Shown here: in pieces, positions 27,323 to 36,172 of the stretch
Position numbering within the stretch: the first letter of the stretch is position 1
Layout: every line of letters starts with the position of its first letter
Source: an uncultured Eubacteriales bacterium
Lineage (GTDB): Bacteria; Bacillota; Clostridia; Christensenellales; CAG-138
Length of the DNA: 64,000 nt
Reading direction: 5' to 3'
Assembly: GCA_902801845.1 (NCBI GenBank)
Contig: CADCJW010000010.1
Location: forward strand, 19 to 64,018
Translations under genes and position numbers: made by a program
The notes under the pieces: generated by a model
Told to the model about the DNA's origin: nothing
Seen by the model: only the letters and a program-made list of their open reading frames with translations
Database searches by the model: none

Positions 27323-27348
27323 CAGCTTTTCTTCCAAGAAAAGCTGCA
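27323..27348. repeat. Y/R hairpin element (GCAGC variant)
   Basis: GCAGCTTTTCTT-cc-AAGAAAAGCTGC. Confidence 0.55.
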
Positions 27349-27374
27349 AAGCTTTCCGTAAAACCTACTGACAC

Positions 27375-28752
27375 ATGACCAAGGGCACCATAAAAAACCT
27401 GCTTTCCCGTCGGGATGTGGACATGACCAGCGGCAACGTGTACGGCCTGCTGATCCGGTTCGCCGTGCCGCTGCTTTTGGGGAATCTGTTCCAACAATTA
27501 TATAACACCGTGGACACCTGGGTGGTGGGCAACTACGTAGGGAAGGAGGCCTTCTCCGCCGTGGGCACCGTGACCCCTATCCTTAACATGCTCATCGGCT
27601 TCTTCATGGGCCTGTCCACCGGCGCGGGCGTGGTCATCTCCCAGTATTACGGAGCCAAGCAGGAGGAAAAGGTCAGCGACACGGTCAATACGGCCCTGGT
27701 CATGACCGCCATTTTGGGCGTGCTGTTCACGGCCATCGGCGTGGGCATGACGCCGCTGATGCTTCGGTTCATGAAGACCCCGGCGGAGGTGTTCTCCGAG
27801 GCCCGGACCTATCTTACCATCTACTTCTCCGGCATCTTCGGGCTCATGCTCTACAACATGGGCGCAGGGATCCTCCGGGCGGTGGGCGACTCCCAGCGGC
27901 CCTTCTATTTCCTGGTTTTGTCCGCATCGCTGAACATCGTGCTGGATCTTTTGTTCGTCCTCGCCTTCCATATGGGCGTGGCGGGCGTGGCCTATGCCAC
28001 CATCCTTTCCCAGGGCATTTCAGCGCTGCTGGTGCTCCTGGTGCTCGTCCGATCCAGCAACTGCTGCAAGGTGCATGTGCGGAAGCTGAAGCTCCACTGG
28101 GCCGTGCTCAAGAAGATCGTCCGGGTGGGCATCCCCGCCGCTATCCAGATGGCCATCACCGCCTTTTCCAACGTGTTCGTCCAGTCCTACATCAACTTTT
28201 TTCGGTGCGGACTGCATGGGCGGCTGGACCGCCTACGCCAAGATCGACGCCTTTCTGTTTTTGCCCATGCAGAGCGTGTCCATGGGCGCAACCACCTTCG
28301 TGGGGCAGAATCTGGGCATGAACGACGTGCCGCGGGCCCGGCAAGGGGTGGGCGCGGCCCTCAAGATCTCGGCATTGATCACCGTGTGCCTCATGGCGCC
28401 GGTGGTGGCCTTCGCGCCCCATCTGGTCCGCTTCTTCAACGATTCGCCCGAGGTGGTCCGCTTCGGCACCCTGTTTCTCCGGCTCATGTCCCCCTTCTAC
28501 GTGCTCTGCTGCGTGAACCAGATCCTGGCCGGGTCCCTTCGCGGCGCCGGGGACAGCCGGGCGCCCATGTTCATCATGCTGTTCAGCTTCGTCCTGTTCC
28601 GGCAGATTTATCTCTACCTCATGACCCATTTCGTGGCCAACACCATCGTGGTGGTGGCCCTGGGCTACCCGGCGGGCTGGCTGGTGTGCAGCACCGTCAC
28701 CTACCTCTACTTCCGCTTCGCCCACTGGGAGAAGCACCGGATCGTCGAATAA
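27375..28752 (+). pseudogene. MATE family efflux transporter interrupted by a +1 frameshift at about 28203
   Basis: ORF 27375-28775 is MATE-like up to '...VQSYINFF', then becomes an Arg/Gly-rich out-of-frame tail. The +1 frame continues with 'GADCMGGWTAYAKIDAFLFLPMQ...' to 28752. The junction is TTTTTT-C-GGTGCGGAC. Confidence 0.8.
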
Positions 28753-28771
28753 GCTTTCAGGGAGATCGGAT

Positions 28772-29473
28772 ATGAAAAAGCCTTTGATCCTGGTCACGGT
28801 CAGCACGGAGCGCATGGACGACACGCCCATCGTGCGGCTGAACCGGGAGTACGTGAACGCCATCGTGGCGGCCGGCGGCGTGCCGGTGCCCGTGAGCCAT
28901 CGGTTCGGCATGGACGAGCTCGTGGATCTGGCGGACGGGCTCTTGCTCAGCGGCGGCGTGGACGTGGACCCGGTCCGCTTCGGACAGAAGAAGCTGAACG
29001 ATTCCGTCTGCATCGACGCAGATCGGGACGAGCTGGAGCTGGAGCTCATCGAAAAATATTGGCGGACGGGCAAGCCCGCCCTGGCCATCTGTCGGGGGCT
29101 TCAGGTGCTGAACGTGGCCTTCGGCGGCACCCTCGTCCAGGATATCCCCACCTGGTGCGGGGCGAACCATACCCAAACGGACCACCCGGTGCAGGTGGCC
29201 GCGGGGAGCCTCCTTCGCACCCTCACGCAAAAAGACACCCTGCAGGTGAACAGCTATCACCACCAGTGTGTCCCTTGGGGCGGCCTTGCCGCCGGCTTTG
29301 TCCCCACCGCCACCTGGACCGGCAACGGCGTCACCATGATCGAGGCCTTCGAGCAGCCCGGCTACCCTCTGCTGGCCGTCCAGTGGCACCCGGAGCGGGC
29401 CTACCGGGACCCCCACGGGCTCACGAACATGGACCCCCTCTTTCGCTGGCTGGTGGAAAAGGCGAGAGACTGA
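28772..29473 (+). CDS. Class I glutamine amidotransferase-like gamma-glutamyl hydrolase (peptidase C26 / PuuD-like)
   Basis: 'LAICRGLQVLNVAFGG' (nucleophile elbow), 'SYHHQ' and 'AVQWHPE'. Confidence 0.8.
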   Translation: MKKPLILVTVSTERMDDTPIVRLNREYVNAIVAAGGVPVPVSHRFGMDELVDLADGLLLSGGVDVDPVRFGQKKLNDSVCIDADRDELELELIEKYWRTGKPALAICRGLQVLNVAFGGTLVQDIPTWCGANHTQTDHPVQVAAGSLLRTLTQKDTLQVNSYHHQCVPWGGLAAGFVPTATWTGNGVTMIEAFEQPGYPLLAVQWHPERAYRDPHGLTNMDPLFRWLVEKARD

Positions 29474-29477
29474 TCAA

Positions 29478-29524
29478 CCAATGCCGCTTTCCTCTCTTCG
29501 ATGAAGAGAAGAAAGCGGCATTGG
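29478..29524. repeat. Y/R hairpin element (GCCGC subfamily) between convergent genes
   Basis: CCAATGCCGCTTTCCTCTCTTC-gat-GAAGAGAAGAAAGCGGCATTGG, 22 bp with one mismatch. Confidence 0.7.
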
Positions 29525-29532
29525 TATATGCT

Positions 29533-31095
29533 TTATTTGCCCAAATTGTCCGTGATGTCCACGGTCCGATGCTCCTGGTAGGCGGAGAACATGTCCTCCA
29601 CGTGGACCGGCCGGAAGCGGCGGGCGAATAGATCCACCAGGGGCACCAGGATGAGGCCGCCCACCATGGCGATGACGCCGGAGTAGATGGAGTTTTTGAA
29701 CACGAAGGAAAGGAGCGGTCCGCGGACGGAAAGCGCGCCCAGGGAGATCAGAAGCTGCACCGTCTCCAGACCCACGCCCCAAAGGAAGCACACCGCGGCG
29801 GAAAGCTTGGTGGCCCGCTTGGAGTAGAGGCCGTAGAGGAAGGGGGCCAGGAACGCGCCCGCCAGCGCGCCCCAGCTGACGCCCATCATCTGGGCGATGA
29901 ACAGGCTCCTGGAGCGGGCCTGCTTGATGGCGATGAGGGCGGAGACGGCGATGAACAGGACCACGAACCCCCGCATGATGAGCAGCTGCCCCCGTTCCCG
30001 AAGGGGCTTTTTCTTATGGGGCGCGATGAGGTCCAGCGTCATGGTGGAGGCGGAGGTAAGGACCAGGCTGGACAAAGTGGACATGGACGCGGACAGCACC
30101 AGCACGATGACGATGCCGATGATCACCGCGGGCAGGGAGGAGAGCATCCGGGGCACGACGGCGTCGAATCCCTCCGCCCGGACGTCGATGTCATAGAGCC
30201 GGCCAAAGCCACCCAAGAAGTAGCAGCCCCCCGCCACCACCACGGCAAAGAGGGTGGAGATCACGGTGCCCTTCTGGATGGAGGCTTCGTTTTTGATGGC
30301 ATAGAATTTGCCCACCATCTGGGGGAGCCCCCAGGTGCCCAGGGAGGTCAGTATCACCACGAACAGCAGGAATATGGGGTCCGCCCCCAGGAAGGAGGCG
30401 TACTGCCAGCCGCCGGTGGGGCCGGTGGCCAGCCGTTCCATGGCGAGGGACAGGCCCCCGTTGTCCCCCAGGACCGCCGCGATGACCGCCACGATGCCGA
30501 AGAGCATGATGATGCCTTGGATAAAATCGTTCCAGGCCGTGGCCATGTACCCGCCCAGGATCACGTATATGCCGGTCAACACCGCCATGAGGAGCACGCA
30601 TACCGCGTAATCCACCCCGGGGAAGGCGATGGCGAAGAGCCGGGACAGGCCGTTATAGAGGGAGGCCGTGTAGGGGATCAAAAACACGAAGGTGATGAGG
30701 CTGGCCGCCGTGCGCAGCTTCGGGCTTTCGTACCGGGTGCCGAAAAAGTCGGGCATGGTCTTGCTGGAGAGGTGCTGGGTCATGATCCGGGTCCGGCGGC
30801 CCAAGATGAGCCAGGCCAGCAGGGACCCAATAAAGGCGTTGCCAAGGCCGATCCAGGTGGATGCCAGGCCGAAGTTCCAACCGAACTGGCCCGCGTAGCC
30901 CACGAAGATGACGGCGGAGAAATAGGAGGTTCCGTAGGCGAAGGCGGAGAGCCAGGGCCCCACCTGTCGGGAGCCCAAAACAAAGCCGTCGATATCCCCG
31001 GCATGGCGGCGGGCGCGCAGGCCGATCCACAGCATGATGGCGAAGAAGCAGACCATGAAGAGCAGGGTGATCAGGGAAGCGGAGTTCATACACAT
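29533..31095 (-). CDS. Sodium:solute symporter family (SSS) transporter
   Basis: Polytopic protein of 520 aa with an SSS-like N-terminus: 'GFVLGSRQVGPWLSAFAYGTSYFSAVIFVGYAGQFGW'. Substrate unknown. Confidence 0.8.
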   Translation of the reverse strand: MCMNSASLITLLFMVCFFAIMLWIGLRARRHAGDIDGFVLGSRQVGPWLSAFAYGTSYFSAVIFVGYAGQFGWNFGLASTWIGLGNAFIGSLLAWLILGRRTRIMTQHLSSKTMPDFFGTRYESPKLRTAASLITFVFLIPYTASLYNGLSRLFAIAFPGVDYAVCVLLMAVLTGIYVILGGYMATAWNDFIQGIIMLFGIVAVIAAVLGDNGGLSLAMERLATGPTGGWQYASFLGADPIFLLFVVILTSLGTWGLPQMVGKFYAIKNEASIQKGTVISTLFAVVVAGGCYFLGGFGRLYDIDVRAEGFDAVVPRMLSSLPAVIIGIVIVLVLSASMSTLSSLVLTSASTMTLDLIAPHKKKPLRERGQLLIMRGFVVLFIAVSALIAIKQARSRSLFIAQMMGVSWGALAGAFLAPFLYGLYSKRATKLSAAVCFLWGVGLETVQLLISLGALSVRGPLLSFVFKNSIYSGVIAMVGGLILVPLVDLFARRFRPVHVEDMFSAYQEHRTVDITDNLGK

Positions 31096-31117
31096 AGTTT
31101 CCTTTCGTCAAAATGGA

Positions 31118-31151
31118 CAAAAAAGAGCGTGGCACCGGCCCGGCGCCACGC
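31118..31151 (-). terminator. Leader terminator (attenuator 3:4 hairpin) upstream of the symporter
   Basis: Minus strand: GCGTGGCGCCG-ggc-CGGTGCCACGC followed by TCTTTTTTG. It lies about 20 nt before the symporter SD. Confidence 0.6.
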
Positions 31152-31173
31152 CCTCAGAACACGTTTCAAGGGA

Positions 31174-31254
31174 TCATGGGCACAGCCGACCGGCCTTGCT
31201 GCGGGCAGCAAAGCGGTAATAATAATACCGAGCTGTGCGGCGAACGGCGATCAT
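31174..31254 (-). CDS. Candidate leader peptide MIAVRRTARYYYYRFAARSKAGRLCP (four consecutive Tyr codons)
   Basis: The ATG is preceded by GGGAGGG, and there is an in-frame upstream ATG at 31266. TAT TAT TAT TAC occupies 31227-31216. The stop lies 22 nt before the terminator hairpin. Confidence 0.45.
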   Translation of the reverse strand: MIAVRRTARYYYYRFAARSKAGRLCP

Positions 31255-31283
31255 ATGCCCTCCCATGCCTTAAAAGTGTATAT

Positions 31284-31312
31284 AATTTACCACTTAAGGG
31301 GGCCTCTGTCAA
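31284..31312 (-). promoter_or_regulatory. Promoter of the symporter leader
   Basis: Minus strand: TTGACA, 17-nt spacer, TAAATT. Confidence 0.5.
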
Positions 31313-31348
31313 GAAAAATATATGATTTGGTCTATCCAAGGGCGTCCG

Positions 31349-32092
31349 TTACGTGAACTCCCCCGTGTAGAGGCAGATGCGGCCGGAAAAGATGCCCGTC
31401 AAAGCTTCCACCAGCTCCTGCCGGGCGCCGTTAGACAGATCATAGACCTCCAGCCGGGCGGGGGCCATGCCCACCAGAAGGCTGATGAGCCCCTCGCCGG
31501 TCTCGTCCACGTACTCCATCCGGAGGGCCTCCCCGTCGGACAGGGAGCAAAGGCCGTCCCTATGGAGGCACAGCCGAAGGGCGGGGCATCGGGGCGGCCG
31601 CTCGTTCAGCAGCAGCCGCAGCACGTCCGCCGCCCGGGCGTATTCCTGTTCCAGCAGCAGCGCGGAGAAGGCCTCCTCCACGCAGAGCCGCCAGAAGAGG
31701 ACCGTCTCCTGCATCCGAAAGCGCAGGAACCCCTCCAGACACAGCTTCCCCTCCTCCTTCAGATAGGCGGTCAGCCGCTGTACCGTTTCGCTCAGGTCCT
31801 CCTTCTGCCGGGCCGCGTCCACCGCCCGGGCAAGGACCTGCCGCTTTTCGGGGAGTGGCAGGGGCGTCTCGTCCGTCATGGCCGCCACCTCGAAGGACAC
31901 CAGATCCTCCGTGATCAGCGTCCCCAGGGCCCGGGCAAGGGTCTCCAGCCCGTACCGCCCCTCCATGCGCACGCCCACGCCGCCCTGAGCCGCCAGCAGG
32001 GAAAAGGGCGCGCCGCCCTCCCGGAGCCGCCGATCCAGCAGCGCCTCCAGGTCCACATCATATTCCATTGTTTGAATGATCCAGGACGACAC
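31349..32092 (-). CDS. ytxC: Putative sporulation protein YtxC
   Basis: 'KLCLEGFLRFRMQE' is a YtxC-like motif. The GTG start at 32092 is supported by the SD GGAAGGAAG. Confidence 0.6.
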   Translation of the reverse strand: MSSWIIQTMEYDVDLEALLDRRLREGGAPFSLLAAQGGVGVRMEGRYGLETLARALGTLITEDLVSFEVAAMTDETPLPLPEKRQVLARAVDAARQKEDLSETVQRLTAYLKEEGKLCLEGFLRFRMQETVLFWRLCVEEAFSALLLEQEYARAADVLRLLLNERPPRCPALRLCLHRDGLCSLSDGEALRMEYVDETGEGLISLLVGMAPARLEVYDLSNGARQELVEALTGIFSGRICLYTGEFT

Positions 32093-32232
32093 CGAACTTC
32101 CTTCCCGATGAAACGCTTTCCTTTCATCCTATGTGGGTCGGTGTCTATTGTGTGCGGGAATGCGGATGTTATTCTTCAAAAGATCTTTACTATGGCAATA
32201 AGGTTTTTTGCTGCTGTCATTTTTCAAAAATG

Positions 32233-32296
32233 CATTTCTCTTTTTCCGCCGCTTCTTCTCTTTAGCCGAAAGAGAAAAAGCGGCAAAAGAAAAACA
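32233..32296. repeat. Nested Y/R palindromic hairpin element (GCCGC subfamily)
   Basis: The core at 32247-32283 is GCCGCTTCTTCTCTTT-agccg-AAAGAGAAAAAGCGGC. The outer arms are TTTCTCTTTTT / AAAAGAAAAAC. It ends 2 nt from the mutY stop. Confidence 0.75.
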
Positions 32297-32297
32297 C

Positions 32298-33296
32298 TCA
32301 CCGAAGACACTTCAAAAACGCTTCGGGGATGGGCTCGCCCCCCGTGTACCAGACCCAGCCCGGCGCCTCGATCCGCTCCGCGTTCAAGCGGACCACCTGC
32401 ATGTGCCAGATCACGTGGGTGAAGATGTGCTGCCGCTGGACGATCTCCCAGGCCCCCAGGGGCCGGACCCCCAGCTTTGTCAGCGCCTGGCCGATCCTTT
32501 CCTGATCGAGATGCCCGCTTTGGTTCGGCAGCTCGTACAGCCCCGACAGCAGCCCCGTCTCCGGCCGCCGACGAATGAGGAAGCTATCCCCGCTCCTCAC
32601 GACGAACACGGTCAGATCCTCCTGCCGCTTCGCCTTCTTCTCCCCCCGGTTGGGGTAGTCCGCCTGGGTGCCGTGGGCATGGGCCAGGCACGTCGCCCTT
32701 AGGGGACAGCTTTCGCACAGGGGCGATTTGGGCAGGCAGATCAGGGACCCCAGATCCATGAAGGCCTGGTTCAAATCCCCGGGACGGTCGCCCATGCGGC
32801 TTTTGAGATACGCGGTCCACCGGTCCCGGACCTTTTGCTCGGTCACGTTCTCCCCGTCCTCCATGAGCCGGGCCATGACCCGGAGCACGTTCCCGTCCAC
32901 GGCGGGCTCAGGCCGGCGGAAGGCGATGGAGGCGATGGCCCCGGCGGTGTAGGGGCCGACGCCGGGAAGCTTCTTCAGCTCCTCCACGGTCTGGGGGAAC
33001 CTGCCCCCGTGCTCCGCCACCACGGCCTGGGCGCACTTCTTCAAATTTCGGGCCCGGGAATAGTATCCCAGCCCCTCCCACAGCTTTAAAAGCCGCTCCT
33101 CCGGGCACTCGGCCAGGGCTTCCACCGTGGGGAGCGCCGCCATGAACCGGCCGTAATAGGGGATCACCGCCGCCGCCCGGGTCTGCTGGAGCATGATCTC
33201 CGACACCAGAACGGCGTAGGCGTCTCCGGCCCCCCGCCAGGGCAGGGTCCGTTTGTTTCGATCGTACCATTGGAGCAAAGTATCCGTAAATTCCAT
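32298..33296 (-). CDS. mutY: A/G-specific adenine DNA glycosylase
   Basis: I moved the start to ATG 33296, giving MEFTDTLLQWYDRNKRTLPWR. The HhH motif is 'LPGVGPYTAGAIASIAF'. The 4Fe-4S cluster loop is 'CLPKSPLCESCPLRATC'. The C-terminus is a NUDIX-like domain. Confidence 0.88.
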   Translation of the reverse strand: MEFTDTLLQWYDRNKRTLPWRGAGDAYAVLVSEIMLQQTRAAAVIPYYGRFMAALPTVEALAECPEERLLKLWEGLGYYSRARNLKKCAQAVVAEHGGRFPQTVEELKKLPGVGPYTAGAIASIAFRRPEPAVDGNVLRVMARLMEDGENVTEQKVRDRWTAYLKSRMGDRPGDLNQAFMDLGSLICLPKSPLCESCPLRATCLAHAHGTQADYPNRGEKKAKRQEDLTVFVVRSGDSFLIRRRPETGLLSGLYELPNQSGHLDQERIGQALTKLGVRPLGAWEIVQRQHIFTHVIWHMQVVRLNAERIEAPGWVWYTGGEPIPEAFLKCLR

Positions 33297-33366
33297 GAAA
33301 GCAGTATACCATACCCAGGGCAAATGTGCTATACTGGTATCATCACAAAAGAAGAAGGAAGCAAGT

Positions 33367-33927
33367 ATGGATTTTGAAGCGATCACCAACCAGGCCCGGG
33401 AGGCCATGAACATCCTTTTGACGGCGGCCAAGCCCAAGCCCGGCCAGCTCATGGTCCTGGGCTGCTCCACCAGCGAGACCGTGGGCAGCCGCATCGGCTC
33501 CAACTCCAGCGCCGATGCCGCCCAGGCCATTTTGAAGGGCATCCTGCCCAAGGTCAGGGAGGCTGGCCTCATCTTGTCCGTCCAGGGCTGCGAGCACATC
33601 AACCGCTCGTTGTGCCTGGAGAGGGCGGACGCGGAGAAGCTGGGCCTCACGGAGGTCTGGGTGCGCCCCCACGCCCACGCCGGCGGCGCCTGCATCACCG
33701 CCTACTATGAGCAATGCGCCGACCCGGTCATGGTGGATGGTCTGCAGGCGAAGGCCACCCTGGGCATGGACGTAGGCGACACCCTCATCGGCATGCACAT
33801 GCGGCCCGTGGTGGTGCCGGTCCACTCCCCCCTCCGCAGGATCGGCGAAGCGAATCTGGTGCTGGCCTTCTCCCGGCCCCGGTACGTGGGCGGTCCGAGA
33901 GCCCAGTACGTGCAGCAGACCCGATAA
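33367..33927 (+). CDS. TIGR01440 / UPF0340 family protein (YwlG-like)
   Basis: I moved the start to ATG 33367. 'GQLMVLGCSTSETVGSRIG...VQGCEHINRSL' fits this family. Confidence 0.7.
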   Translation: MDFEAITNQAREAMNILLTAAKPKPGQLMVLGCSTSETVGSRIGSNSSADAAQAILKGILPKVREAGLILSVQGCEHINRSLCLERADAEKLGLTEVWVRPHAHAGGACITAYYEQCADPVMVDGLQAKATLGMDVGDTLIGMHMRPVVVPVHSPLRRIGEANLVLAFSRPRYVGGPRAQYVQQTR

Positions 33928-33946
33928 ACCGGGACCAAAACACCAA

Positions 33947-33981
33947 GACGGCAGGTCTCAAACGGCCTGCCGTCCTTTTTG
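33947..33981. terminator. Bidirectional rho-independent terminator
   Basis: GACGGCAGG-(10 nt)-CCTGCCGTC followed by CTTTTTG. The opposite strand is also T-rich. Confidence 0.7.
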
Positions 33982-33991
33982 TAAAATACGA

Positions 33992-34714
33992 TCATTCCAG
34001 CTCCAGGAACAGGGCCCCGTCCCGCTCTAAAAGCTCCCCCAGGGGGGCGATGAAGTCGATGGCGTAAAAGCCCCGGGAGTCCGTATCGGCCAGGAACGCC
34101 CGGTAGAGAAGCAGCCGCCCGCCGTCCTCCGCCAAGGCCAGGGCGCCGTTTTTCAGCAGGAACGAAGCGGTCCGATTCTCCAGCGTCGTCAGATCCAGCC
34201 AGCCCACCCGAGCGGCGGGGCCATCCTCCGACTCGGCGGTGTAGGTATAGACCAGCTCCTTCCCTTCGTCCGCGTCCAGATCGGCGAAGAGGGCGTTCAC
34301 CACGCCGCAGCCCTCCGTCCGTTCCCCAAGGCGCAGGTACCGGCCGTCGGGCAGCCGCAAAAAGCTGTACCCCAGCTCCACATGCCGAAAGAGGGTGTAG
34401 CCCTCCACCTTCTCGTTGGTGGGGGTCACGTCCACCCAAAAGTCACGGCCCAGCTGGTCCCCGTGCTCCTCCAGGATCGCGTTCATGCCCTCCATCTTGG
34501 CCAGGTCCGGGTCAAAGTTTACCGGGTGATAGTTGGGCAGCGGCGTGGGCGTAGGGGGCTCCGTGGGGATGTTGGAGGGGGTGGGCGTGGCGTTCAGCTC
34601 CCGCTGCCGGCGGGCGTACACCGTGGCCACCGTCCCCATAAGGAGCAGCACCAAAAACAGGATCACGCCCATGAGGATCAGTATCCATTTGCGCTTATAG
34701 AAGGGCATTTTCAT
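33992..34714 (-). CDS. Hypothetical membrane-anchored protein with a Pro/Thr linker
   Basis: N-terminal TM helix (WILILMGVILFLVLLLMGTV) followed by the PTPS linker. I recognise no domain. Confidence 0.55.
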   Translation of the reverse strand: MKMPFYKRKWILILMGVILFLVLLLMGTVATVYARRQRELNATPTPSNIPTEPPTPTPLPNYHPVNFDPDLAKMEGMNAILEEHGDQLGRDFWVDVTPTNEKVEGYTLFRHVELGYSFLRLPDGRYLRLGERTEGCGVVNALFADLDADEGKELVYTYTAESEDGPAARVGWLDLTTLENRTASFLLKNGALALAEDGGRLLLYRAFLADTDSRGFYAIDFIAPLGELLERDGALFLELE

Positions 34715-34726
34715 CCATCCGTCCTT

Positions 34727-35365
34727 TCAAAGCTTGTGCCGAGGGGCCATAAGCTCCTCCATCCGCTGCAGCAGGTCCCGCACGTGGGCCCCGTCCAGGA
34801 GCCGGTGGTTGAGCTGCAGGGTAAAGTTCACCAGCTTCCGGCCCTTTTCCTCGTGGATCCTGTCCCACAGCACCCGGGGGAAGCTGTCGTCCGGATTGGT
34901 GGGCTGCTCCTGGAGCACCGAGGTGGTGACGAACCAGGGCACACAGGAGAAGAAGATGAGGTCGTCCCGCACGTCGTCCTCCACCACCATCCCATCTCCC
35001 TGCCGCTTCTCCTGTTCCAGGGCCCGGCGGCAGAAGTCCGCCATGGTCTCCCCGGGAAGATAGTCCACGTTGCAGATGCCGAAGGTGCCCTCCCGGCCTG
35101 CCGTGGTATAGGAGGGGGACACGGTGTCGCAGACGGCAATGCCCTGGGGCCGGATGCGGAGCCGGAAGGGCTCCAGCTCGTTCATGGCCCGGGTCACCAC
35201 GTAGATCATGGCCCGATAGAAGGACAGCCCCTCCCCCTTGGCGTACCGGCAGAGTTCCGTCACGTCCAGGGGCGTGGTCACGGAGAAATAGGGGAGATAT
35301 CCTCGGGAAAAGAGTTGATAGGCGTCCTTCCGGGGCCAGGTCTCCACGTCGATATACCTATCCAT
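34727..35365 (-). CDS. Chloramphenicol acetyltransferase-like (CAT family) acyltransferase
   Basis: I moved the start to ATG 35365, giving MDRYIDVETWPRKDAYQLF. The catalytic-type motif is 'LQLNHRLLDGAHV'. An ATGA overlap links it to the upstream gene. Confidence 0.75.
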   Translation of the reverse strand: MDRYIDVETWPRKDAYQLFSRGYLPYFSVTTPLDVTELCRYAKGEGLSFYRAMIYVVTRAMNELEPFRLRIRPQGIAVCDTVSPSYTTAGREGTFGICNVDYLPGETMADFCRRALEQEKRQGDGMVVEDDVRDDLIFFSCVPWFVTTSVLQEQPTNPDDSFPRVLWDRIHEEKGRKLVNFTLQLNHRLLDGAHVRDLLQRMEELMAPRHKL

Positions 35366-36057
35366 CAGAACGGCCTCCTGGCCCATTGAAAGGCGTTGGT
35401 CCAATAGGTGTTGATGGGCGAGAGGATGACCGTCCCCTTGCTGGTGGAGGGGTAGATCATCTGCTCGTCGCCGAGATAGATGCAGACGCAGTTGATGTTC
35501 TCGTTGTCGCCGGTCTTGAAGAAGACCAGATCCCCGGGCTGCAGGTCCGAGAGGCGGGTGATCTTTTCCCAGCCCTCCTCCTCGGCGTAGCCGGCGGAGT
35601 TCCGACGCTTCACCTTCAGGCCCATCTCCTTCAGGCACCAGTAGACGAAGCCGCTGGGATCGAAGCCCGTGTCCGGGGACTTTCCGCCCCGGGTGTAGGG
35701 ATAGTTTATGTACTGCTGGGCGATCATGACCAGCTGCAGCCCCCGATCCACGTCCGGCGTGGCCGTAGGCTCTGCCGTGGGGACCGGGGTCTCATCCGGC
35801 TCCGGAGTAGGCGTCGCCGTGGGCGTGGGGGTGGGCGTCGCCGTGGGCTCCGCCGTAGGCGCCTTGGTGGGCGGCAGGGTGACCACGGGCGTCGCCGTCA
35901 CCACAGGCGTGGCCGTGGCGGGGACGGTGCTCTCGATGGTGGCCACGATGCGGATGGGTTCGTCCTTCTCCACGTCGTTGATGATGTTGGTGGGCTCCAC
36001 GCCGCAGCCGGTCAGCAGCAGGGCGCAAAAAAGCAGGATACACAGGGCTCGTTTCAT
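35365..36057 (-). CDS. NlpC/P60 (C40) cell-wall endopeptidase lipoprotein
   Basis: I moved the start to ATG 36057 (SD GGAGGA). Lipobox LLTGC, a PT-rich linker, the catalytic Cys region 'DPSGFVYWCLKEMG' and 'GDLVFF'. Confidence 0.8.
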   Translation of the reverse strand: MKRALCILLFCALLLTGCGVEPTNIINDVEKDEPIRIVATIESTVPATATPVVTATPVVTLPPTKAPTAEPTATPTPTPTATPTPEPDETPVPTAEPTATPDVDRGLQLVMIAQQYINYPYTRGGKSPDTGFDPSGFVYWCLKEMGLKVKRRNSAGYAEEEGWEKITRLSDLQPGDLVFFKTGDNENINCVCIYLGDEQMIYPSTSKGTVILSPINTYWTNAFQWARRPF

Positions 36058-36172
36058 ACGATATTCCTCCATATCCTGCACTGTATCAGAAAGACTTGTC
36101 AAGGATGCAACAAAGGGGTTAACAAGGTGTTAATTCTATCGTGCACGCCGAGCAGAACAGCGCGGAAGCGGG

